Virus record (IMG/VR): IMGVR_UViG_3300045988_073372
Reading direction: 5' to 3' (one strand)
DNA length: 33,152 nucleotides
Source: a virus
Shown: positions 6,310 to 12,408 of the stretch, piece by piece
How positions within the stretch are numbered: the stretch's first letter is position 1
How the letters are laid out: every line of letters begins with the position of its first letter
Position numbers and translations under genes: made by a program
Notes under the pieces: model-generated
Databases searched by the model: none
Seen by the model: the letters and a program-made list of their open reading frames with translations, nothing else
Told to the model about the DNA's origin: nothing

Positions 6310-6337
6310 TTGCATTTTTAACCAGACGGTTTATAAT
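6310..6337 (+). promoter_or_regulatory. Repressor-2 promoter TTGCAT-16-TATAAT
   Basis: -35 at 6310-6315 and -10 at 6332-6337, followed by a GAGGTGGAG RBS. Confidence 0.6.
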
Positions 6338-6359
6338 ACATTTACAAAAGAGGTGGAGA

Positions 6360-6728
6360 ATGGAATCTATCGGAAGTCGAGTAAAGGCAGTTAGAAAAGC
6401 ATTAAATCTCACGACAACGAAGTTCGGAGAACGCATAGGGATAAAGAACCCATCCGTCAGTATGATCGAAACCGGCAAGTCCAATCCGTCTGACCGAACG
6501 ATCTTATCTATTTGCCGCGAATTCAATGTAAATGAAAACTGGCTGCGCACCGGCGAGGGAGAAATGTTCACGGAGAGATCCCGCCAGCAGGAAATTGAAA
6601 AATTCCTCTCTGATGTGGCGAATGGCAGCGACTTCAAACGCCGCCTTGTGCTTTTGCTGGCCCAAATGACAGAGGATGAGTGGGCCCTTATGGAGCGGAT
6701 GTTGCGGAAAATCTCGGAAGAAATATAA
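6360..6728 (+). CDS. XRE-family HTH repressor, paralog 2
   Basis: Collinear with paralog 1 without gaps: KFGERIGIKNPSVSMIETG...NENWLRTGEGEMF...MTEDEWALMER. The recognition-helix region differs. Confidence 0.8.
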   Translation: MESIGSRVKAVRKALNLTTTKFGERIGIKNPSVSMIETGKSNPSDRTILSICREFNVNENWLRTGEGEMFTERSRQQEIEKFLSDVANGSDFKRRLVLLLAQMTEDEWALMERMLRKISEEI

Positions 6729-6732
6729 AAAA

Positions 6733-6762
6733 GACCCTCCAATGGAGGGCCTTTGTTGTTTA
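6733..6762. terminator. Bidirectional intrinsic terminator
   Basis: CCCTCC(6735-6740)-AAT-GGAGGG(6744-6749), flanked by an A-run upstream and TTTGTTGTTT downstream. It sits between the convergent genes 6360-6728 (+) and 6760-6882 (-). Confidence 0.6.
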
Positions 6763-6882
6763 GCGAATGAGGGAGCGAACAAAGTAAAGAATCACAAGCA
6801 GCTCGTCCTCTTTGAGTTTGGAAAGCATGGGAACCAGTTCGGCCAGGATCATGGAGGTGTCATCGGATTGTATATTTTCCAT
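6760..6882 (-). CDS. Small protein (40 aa) resembling the repressor C-terminal helices
   Basis: ATG 6882 with an AAAGGAG RBS at 7-nt spacing. Sequence MENIQSDDTSMILAELVPMLSKLKEDELLVILYFVRSLIR. A possible promoter is TTGATT-17-TACTAT at 6953-6981. Confidence 0.5.
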   Translation of the reverse strand: MENIQSDDTSMILAELVPMLSKLKEDELLVILYFVRSLIR

Positions 6883-7026
6883 TTTTCTCTCCTTTACTAT
6901 TGCGCTTTGGGAATAAATAGAGTTTAATGTATACATATCAGCTGACAAAAAAATAGTACCACCCGACCGGGATTAAATCAACAGTATTCAACATGCGCCG
7001 CGCATGCAGAATAGAATCATATATGA

Positions 7027-7593
7027 TTGGAGGACGGGATAACGGATGTAGCAGCAAATGTCAGGGAGTTTCTGGACGCTCAGACAAAGGACAATCCTAA
7101 TCTGAGGACAAACGCACAAATCGCCGAGTACACCGGTTTATCGGAGTCAACCATAAGCCGACTGCGGACAGGGACTATACAGCCAAGCAGCCTTGTGGTA
7201 AGACAGATCGCCGCCGCCTTTGGAAAAACGGAAAAAGAGGTAATGGGTGAGCCGGTAGTCATGTGCGCCGGATCCGAGGTCATTAAAGATCTTATGTCTA
7301 TTTTTGACCGACGAATCCGGGAACGGCAGGAAAGCATGGAAAGTCTCCAGGCCAAGCTGGACAGCGCCCTGGAGATGATCAGGGAGAAGGATAAAAGGAT
7401 CCTTGCCCTTGAGACAGATAAAGACCATCTGACACATGATCTGGAAACGTCAAGAAAATGGGCAATCGCCTGTGCCGTGGTGTGCATAACGCTGCTGGTG
7501 GCGATAGTGGCGATACTGCTCTATGACCTGACACATCTGGATCGGGGATGGTTTACGAGATTACTCGACCGATTCGGCGGGGCGAATATATAG
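7027..7593 (+). CDS. XRE-HTH protein with coiled coil and C-terminal transmembrane anchor
   Basis: The HTH is NAQIAEYTGLSESTISRLRTG. The coiled coil is QESMESLQAKLDSALEMIREKDKRILALETDK. The TM segment is WAIACAVVCITLLVAIVAILLY. The only in-frame start after the upstream stop is TTG 7027, with no SD, so the start is uncertain. Confidence 0.65.
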   Translation: MEDGITDVAANVREFLDAQTKDNPNLRTNAQIAEYTGLSESTISRLRTGTIQPSSLVVRQIAAAFGKTEKEVMGEPVVMCAGSEVIKDLMSIFDRRIRERQESMESLQAKLDSALEMIREKDKRILALETDKDHLTHDLETSRKWAIACAVVCITLLVAIVAILLYDLTHLDRGWFTRLLDRFGGANI

Positions 7594-7604
7594 GAGGGGT
7601 TGAC

Positions 7605-8213
7605 GTGATCTGGTTTATTTTGTTTGCAACGGCCGTTATCATTATAGGGGCCAACGCGCTAAGCAAAAACACGCAGAAAAAAGTTTTTGAAAAAGAAGAG
7701 GCCGAAAAAGCGGCAAAAGAAAAGGAAGAACAGGAAGCCGCCAGAATTAAGGCGGAGCAGGAGGAAGCCGAGAAGAAAGCAGCGGCAGAACTGGAGAAAA
7801 AGCTACGCCGGATTTACACCTTTGACGTGGAGGGTGTGAAGGACAAGAACGCCAACGGCACCGACCGCCAGTCTATCCTAACCAAGGCCATGGAAAAGGA
7901 GGAATCAGACCGGAACAGTAACAAGGAGTGGTGTGACCAGTATTCCCCGGATATCACTCTTGGGGCCTACATCAAAGACGGAGTAAGAAGATGCAGCGTC
8001 CTGTTGGACAACAAGCGTGTAGGGGATGTGCCGCAAGAGGACTTGGAAACCGTGCGCGAGATCATGGTCAGATCGTACAGCACAATGGCCAACCTTTCCA
8101 CCGAAATTGATAAAGAAACAGGCGACCCAATCACCGCGCTGGAAGTAGATCTGTTTTATAAGCTGACCCCAGAAGAGTTGGAAAAAGAAGAAAATGAAGC
8201 GCAGAAAGAATGA
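7605..8213 (+). CDS. Membrane-anchored protein: N-terminal TM, E/K-rich coiled coil, HIRAN-like C-terminal domain (tentative)
   Basis: GTG 7605 lies 7 nt after AGGAGG. The alternative ATG 7548 has a weak RBS. The TM segment is VIWFILFATAVIIIGANAL. The C-terminus is FDVEGVKDKNANGTDRQSIL...VLLDNKRVGDVPQEDLETVREIM. Confidence 0.6.
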   Translation: MIWFILFATAVIIIGANALSKNTQKKVFEKEEAEKAAKEKEEQEAARIKAEQEEAEKKAAAELEKKLRRIYTFDVEGVKDKNANGTDRQSILTKAMEKEESDRNSNKEWCDQYSPDITLGAYIKDGVRRCSVLLDNKRVGDVPQEDLETVREIMVRSYSTMANLSTEIDKETGDPITALEVDLFYKLTPEELEKEENEAQKE

Positions 8214-9366
8214 AGCCGTCTGGATCGAAAAGCGGCAATACTGGCAGATAAAAGTTACCAACGATATGGGGGAGCGGAAAACTTTCTGCTCCTCTGTTGG
8301 TATGACAACAAAAAAGGGAAAATTGCAGGCCGAACGGAAAGCGGATGAGTGGTTGGAAAGCAGCACCACGGGAGGATCCGCGCGGGTGGAAGCGGTGTTT
8401 GAAAAATATATGGATCATCTGCGCAAAACTACCTCCACGGGATATGTGAGCAGGATGGCCTCCGTTGGCCGTTGCTGGGTGTGCAAGTATGCAGGGCGTA
8501 AGCGCATAGGAGCCCTTACAGAGGGGGACTGCGAATCGATCATTGCAGCGGCTTACAAAAACGGGGCATCAAAGCAGCATTTGAAAGGCATACGGCAGTG
8601 CCTCAGCGGGTTTCTAAAATTTTGCCGGAAAAACAGGTACACTACCCTGCACCCGGAAGAGCTTGCCATTCCCAAGGGCGCGCCGGGTGTACAAAGATAC
8701 ATCCTCACCCCGGATGAGATCACAACGCTCTTTTCCAGTGACACGACCATATTCAAGGGCAATGAGGTGCAGGAATTCCACATCCACGCCTACAGATTCC
8801 TGCTTCTTTCCGATCTTCGGCCCGGGGAGCTGGCCGGGCTAAAATGGTCAGATATAGACGGGGCGCAATACAGCATAAACAGATCCATCAACATACGAGG
8901 AGAGGTAACGCACGGAAAAAACGATAATGCCCAGCGCTCGCTCATCATGAACGATTACGCCGCCAGGGTGATAGCTGACCAAAAAGAACTGCTGCGCAAG
9001 TGCGGGATAATATCACCGTATGTTTTCCCCGACCGGCACGGAGGTTTTTGTTCGCAAAAAAATCTGCGGCTCAGCTGGTACAAATACTGTAAGTACAACG
9101 GGATAGGCCGTCGAGGAGAAAACAAGAACGGGGCACCAAGATATATCCAGCCCTATGAGTTCCGGCACACCTGCTACAGTGTCAATAAGGACATGCCGGA
9201 GACGCTTAAAAAAATGGCCTTTGGGCATTCTCGCAAATTTGACGGTGACACAGTATACAACCACGAGATGAGCGGAGACAAAGAGCGGATCGCCGCATAC
9301 AGCAACGCCGCATTTAGCAAAATTCTGGAAAAAAATCCACCCGCAAATCCACCCATTCAGAATTAA
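8194..9366 (+). CDS. int: Tyrosine recombinase / phage integrase
   Basis: 390 aa with an N-terminal SAM-like domain. Catalytic-domain pattern LLLSDLRPGELAGLKWSDI...YEFRHTC...FGHS...VYNHE. Confidence 0.9.
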   Translation: MKRRKNEAVWIEKRQYWQIKVTNDMGERKTFCSSVGMTTKKGKLQAERKADEWLESSTTGGSARVEAVFEKYMDHLRKTTSTGYVSRMASVGRCWVCKYAGRKRIGALTEGDCESIIAAAYKNGASKQHLKGIRQCLSGFLKFCRKNRYTTLHPEELAIPKGAPGVQRYILTPDEITTLFSSDTTIFKGNEVQEFHIHAYRFLLLSDLRPGELAGLKWSDIDGAQYSINRSINIRGEVTHGKNDNAQRSLIMNDYAARVIADQKELLRKCGIISPYVFPDRHGGFCSQKNLRLSWYKYCKYNGIGRRGENKNGAPRYIQPYEFRHTCYSVNKDMPETLKKMAFGHSRKFDGDTVYNHEMSGDKERIAAYSNAAFSKILEKNPPANPPIQN

Positions 9367-9633
9367 AAACTGGGGATATCGCATAAACGCACAGGTTAAA
9401 AAATCCCCAAAAACGGGGAAAACCCAAGTTAGATAAAAGCATAAATTAAACAATTATTACCGTTGGGAGGGAAGGCGTATAGCAAATAAAAATCCCTAAA
9501 TATAGGGCTTTTTTGAGTTATTTTATTTTTCGTCCACCCGCAAATCCACCCAATCAACGAAGATTCGTTCCAGGCTTGACTTTTTGGGTGTTGTCTGATA
9601 TGCTTATCTTGTCACCCAGCAATGGGCGTGGAT
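9336..9633. other. Putative attP region with arm-type repeats
   Basis: The 20-bp exact direct repeat TCCACCCGCAAATCCACCCA occurs at 9336-9355 (in the int 3' end) and at 9533-9552. Each copy holds two TCCACCC cores 12 bp apart. An inverted related copy GGGCGTGGAT is at 9624-9633. Palindrome AACGAA-GA-TTCGTT is at 9556-9569. Confidence 0.5.
9494..9514 (+). terminator. Weak intrinsic terminator downstream of int
   Basis: CCCTA-AATA-TAGGG followed by C and T6. Confidence 0.4.
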
Positions 9634-9663
9634 TGAAATGTAGTGGAAGGTAATTAAACTTTC

Positions 9664-9706
9664 GCAGAAAAGCGGAGCGCAACGGCTCCGCCTTTTCTTT
9701 TTCTGC
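9664..9706. terminator. Bidirectional intrinsic terminator closing the - strand cassette
   Basis: GCGGAGC(9672-9678)-GCAACG-GCTCCGC(9685-9691). The outer arms are GCAGAAAA and TTTTCTGC, and there are T-runs on both senses. Confidence 0.7.
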
Positions 9707-9708
9707 GC

Positions 9709-10227
9709 TTAGTTAATTTTGCACCGGTCAGAGGCAAAGGATACAAGTGCGCTGGTGGTGTACATAGACTGCACCGTTGCCACCCTTGCGAAGTATTCCT
9801 CCCGCAACATGGGCTTGCCCACATCCTCCAAAATCTCTGCCCTTAATTTTTTGGAAAACTGAGTACCCAGCCCCACCAGACGCAAGCCGCGCACAATCTG
9901 GGTCTTGTTGTCCAGCAGTACCATAGTCACCGCATAGCCTTTTTCCTCCGGAACCTCCGGCAGGGAAGGAGTACGGGCCAGCTGCAAAGCAAACGGGGAA
10001 TCGTTCCACGGCAGGGACCCCAGCTTGGAGAGCAGGAACAACACACCGCCGACACGGACAAAGCGAAACTCGCAGGCCGTGCCAGCCTGAAACGCTGCGA
10101 TCTCTCCGGGAGTGGGGGAGTTGTAGTTGTACACCAGCAAAAAACCGGATCCGTCCAGATCAAAATATGCGCCCTCCTTGGACAGATTAAGCCATGGGGC
10201 AGGCTTGCAGACTTCAAACATTTCCAT
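9709..10227 (-). CDS. Hypothetical protein (172 aa), terminal gene of the attP-proximal cassette
   Basis: ATG 10227 with an AAGGAGGAAG RBS. I recognise no family. Confidence 0.65.
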   Translation of the reverse strand: MEMFEVCKPAPWLNLSKEGAYFDLDGSGFLLVYNYNSPTPGEIAAFQAGTACEFRFVRVGGVLFLLSKLGSLPWNDSPFALQLARTPSLPEVPEEKGYAVTMVLLDNKTQIVRGLRLVGLGTQFSKKLRAEILEDVGKPMLREEYFARVATVQSMYTTSALVSFASDRCKIN

Positions 10228-10243
10228 TTGTTTCTTCCTCCTT

Positions 10244-10411
10244 TTAGTTAAGTTCTACGGACTTCGTTTTTTTGGCGATGTCCCGCATGATCAGGTTGAC
10301 GATGTACCCGGACACCGTCCTGTTATCCGCGTCAGCTGCGGCCTGTATCTTGGCCTTAAGGTCAGGAGTTATCCTGACCTTAAGCATGTCTGTCTTGATC
10401 GTTTTTTCCAT
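10244..10411 (-). CDS. Ribbon-helix-helix (Arc/CopG-like) DNA-binding protein, 55 aa
   Basis: Hand-translated; it is below the ORF-track cutoff. Sequence MEKTIKTDMLKVRITPDLKAKIQAAADADNRTVSGYIVNLIMRDIAKKTKSVELN. GGAGGG RBS. The order strand, helix, helix is typical of RHH proteins. Confidence 0.65.
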   Translation of the reverse strand: MEKTIKTDMLKVRITPDLKAKIQAAADADNRTVSGYIVNLIMRDIAKKTKSVELN

Positions 10412-10420
10412 GGTCCCTCC

Positions 10421-10753
10421 TCACTCGTCAAACCATTTTACCGTAACGCCATGCGGATCACCCGCATCGTACAAGAGCTCGCCGGTGTCAAGCCGCTCGA
10501 TCAGATATGGATCAGACCAATCAATGCCGTCCACCCGCCTCTGGGAAAAGTCCGACTCGCACTCGTCGTCCCATTGATCCAGATCCGGTGCGGTGTAAGT
10601 GATGCAATACTCATTTTCATCCTTGTCAACGACGATCTCGCTATAATCATCATCGCCCGCCCAATGCTCGTCATCCGTAAAAAACAGCCTGAGAGTCTTA
10701 CCCCCGTTCACCAGGTCGATCCCGTAGTTGTAGTGCTTACGCGCGATAGTCAT
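10421..10753 (-). CDS. Hyper-acidic small protein (110 aa, about 29 D/E vs 9 K/R)
   Basis: ATG 10753 overlaps the upstream TGA as ATGA, with a GGGAGGAAG RBS. D/E clusters include DDEHWAGDDDYSE and DLDQWDDECESD. Confidence 0.65.
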   Translation of the reverse strand: MTIARKHYNYGIDLVNGGKTLRLFFTDDEHWAGDDDYSEIVVDKDENEYCITYTAPDLDQWDDECESDFSQRRVDGIDWSDPYLIERLDTGELLYDAGDPHGVTVKWFDE

Positions 10754-11355
10754 ATTGTTTCTTCCTCCCTTTTCAATTTTTTTGCATCCAGCAGTTTTTC
10801 GATTTCAGCCAGTCTGGCCAGCAGCTTTTCTTTCTCATCGATCAGGGCGCTCCTGGTTTCAAAGTTGTCGTCCTCTATGACCTCCATGGTCACGCCGCAG
10901 GGCAGCGCTGCCTCATCCAGTATGGTCTCAGGTACGCTGCTGAGTACCACCACACTGCCCTCCTCGACCACGCTGCGCCAATTTTTCACGCTGCCGCCGC
11001 TTGCGGGGCCGCCTGCGGTGTAATAGACATCCTCTCCGACTCTGGCACCGCTGTCCCGGCCGGTGGCGCTGGACAACACCTTGCCAAAGATTTCCACGGG
11101 CCCGTGCCATTCGGTGCATTCGTCCGCAAACGTGAGGCGGACGGAAACGCGCTTGACGGTGTCCATGCGGTCATCCTCTCCCCAGATGTTCCGCATGATC
11201 TCCCGCACCTGCGGCAGGCTTGCGGTGGGCACCATCCAGGCCTTGCCCTCTGCGTCCCACCTGGCTCCGCCGATCTTGCGGATGGCGGAGACAAATGCGG
11301 CGTTGTAAGGAGTGTACACGGCGGTCTGGGTTCCATTGTTTTTAGTGGCGATCAT
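10750..11355 (-). CDS. Hypothetical protein (201 aa) with an N-terminal DUF5710-like motif and a C-terminal coiled coil
   Basis: ORF 10750-11649 trimmed to ATG 11355 (RBS GAGGAGGAC). YTPYNAAFVSAIRKIGGARWDAEGKAWMVP resembles the DUF5710 signature as I recall it. Confidence 0.6.
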   Translation of the reverse strand: MIATKNNGTQTAVYTPYNAAFVSAIRKIGGARWDAEGKAWMVPTASLPQVREIMRNIWGEDDRMDTVKRVSVRLTFADECTEWHGPVEIFGKVLSSATGRDSGARVGEDVYYTAGGPASGGSVKNWRSVVEEGSVVVLSSVPETILDEAALPCGVTMEVIEDDNFETRSALIDEKEKLLARLAEIEKLLDAKKLKREEETI

Positions 11356-11381
11356 GATTTTGTCCTCCTCTTTTTTCTTTA

Positions 11382-11591
11382 TCAGGCGAGTCCCCACACG
11401 GTCTCCCAGCCGTTGGGGTGGTAGTCGCTCTTGCTGTGCAGAGCCTCGGTAGTGTCGAGCATGTCGAGCGCGATGCGGTCGATGACGAGACGGTTGCAGG
11501 AGTCCTCCGCGGTGATGTACCGATACTTGCGAGTGTCCAACACCCCGTAGGAGATTACCTTCTGCGCAAATGCTTTGTTGATCTTTTTCAT
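11382..11591 (-). CDS. Hypothetical protein (69 aa), first gene of the cassette
   Basis: ATG 11591 preceded by GAGGAGGAC, about 23 nt downstream of the predicted TSS. Confidence 0.6.
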   Translation of the reverse strand: MKKINKAFAQKVISYGVLDTRKYRYITAEDSCNRLVIDRIALDMLDTTEALHSKSDYHPNGWETVWGLA

Positions 11592-11620
11592 TTTTTTGTC
11601 CTCCTCTTTTTGATGTACTT

Positions 11621-11649
11621 ATCTTACCACATTGTGGCCACAAAGTCAA
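11621..11649 (-). promoter_or_regulatory. Cassette promoter TTGACT-17-TAAGAT with operator-like palindromes in the spacer
   Basis: On the - strand the -35 is at 11649-11644 and the -10 at 11626-11621. The spacer contains the perfect 12-bp palindrome TTGTGGCCACAA (11632-11643), overlapping CCACA-T-TGTGG (11627-11637). Confidence 0.7.
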
Positions 11650-11696
11650 GCGGTAAATGCAAAAAAGTTCCGATTTATCTATATTTTTTTGAAAAT

Positions 11697-11720
11697 AAAA
11701 AAGGCGGGATCTCTCCCGCC
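11697..11720 (-). terminator. Intrinsic terminator ending the late/lysis operon
   Basis: On the - sense: GGCGGGA-GAGA-TCCCGCC followed by TTTTTTATTTT. Confidence 0.8.
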
Positions 11721-11736
11721 TTGAATACGCTAATAC

Positions 11737-12090
11737 TTAATTTTTTACCCTTGCAATCGCCCCATACGCGCCGTTTGCCGCCAGAGATACCACTAACCCA
11801 TTGACCAGCGTCAGCACAGCGGAGGATACCGTAAGCCCACCGGTAAAGATAGTCGCAGCCAGCAGCACAATAACGGCCACGATGTAACTGTATATCTGCG
11901 TTGGGATCTTGGAGATAACGCCCAGCCCCTTGGTGAGCTGGACGAACAGCGCCACAACGGCGGTGGCCCCACCCACGGTGAGCAGCGAAGTCCACGTGAA
12001 AAACTCCGGCTCTGCCCCGGTGTCGGCAAAAGCCGCCAGCGGCAACAGAAAGATGCAGAAGGTCAACAGAATGAGTTTGATCTTTTTCAT
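11737..12090 (-). CDS. Multi-pass membrane protein with N-terminal signal-like peptide (holin-like or accessory lysis protein)
   Basis: MKKIKLILLTFCIFLLPLAAFA followed by about 3 hydrophobic segments. It is located after the endolysin. Confidence 0.5.
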   Translation of the reverse strand: MKKIKLILLTFCIFLLPLAAFADTGAEPEFFTWTSLLTVGGATAVVALFVQLTKGLGVISKIPTQIYSYIVAVIVLLAATIFTGGLTVSSAVLTLVNGLVVSLAANGAYGAIARVKN

Positions 12091-12111
12091 TTTTTGTTTT
12101 TCCTTTCGTTT

Positions 12112-12408
12112 TTATCGGTCACTTTCGTCAAGATGTTCCAACCGGTCTATCCGGCGGTGCGCCTGCTTCGCGGAGGATTCCACCGCAGTCATGCGGCTAT
12201 ATAGCTCCGTGTTTACCTTTCGCTGTTCCCGGTTCTCAGTTTTTATGTCGTCCACACCGGATTTGACATACCCCAGTTCCGTTAAGATGGTGCCGGTCTG
12301 CTGCCCCTCCCCGCGCTCATCATGGGTCTTGCTCCGCGCAAAAGCCAGATACCCAAATACTATGCTGCATACGGTGCCGACAACCGCCAGAATAGATACC
12401 CAATCCAC
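12112..12408 (-). CDS. N-terminally membrane-anchored coiled-coil protein (holin-like, BhlA/XhlA-type architecture)
   Basis: GTG 12408 with a GGAGGTG RBS immediately after the endolysin stop. The TM segment is VSILAVVGTVCSIVFGYLAF, followed by a coiled coil. Confidence 0.5.
   Translation of the reverse strand: MDWVSILAVVGTVCSIVFGYLAFARSKTHDERGEGQQTGTILTELGYVKSGVDDIKTENREQRKVNTELYSRMTAVESSAKQAHRRIDRLEHLDESDR

Noticed and set aside
5727-6742. Long - strand ORFs (5727-6218, 5746-6228, 6263-6742, 6504-6782) opposite the two repressor genes
   Set aside because: These are shadow ORFs antisense to clearly homologous HTH genes. They have no RBS and Ser/Leu/Phe-rich nonsense composition.
7023-7100. 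ATG codons at 7023, 7046 and 7058 as alternative starts for the HTH-TM gene
   Set aside because: All are out of frame with the HTH ORF and terminate after 1-25 codons.
9398-9419. Short hairpin TCCCC-N6-GGGGA with a U6 tail on the - sense, downstream of int, as an anti-read-through terminator
   Set aside because: The stem is only 5 bp. It is plausible but too weak to list as a feature.
9367-9708. Search for a tRNA gene or tRNA 3' fragment at attP
   Set aside because: I could find no cloverleaf-compatible sequence or GTTCGAATC-type T-arm by eye. A tRNAscan run would be needed to exclude it formally.
10750-11649. 299-aa ORF extending the 201-aa gene upstream
   Set aside because: The extension overlaps the 69-aa gene and the promoter region in another frame and has a junk-like composition (HRGGLLQPSRHRPHRARHARH). 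ATG 11355 has a GAGGAGGAC RBS.
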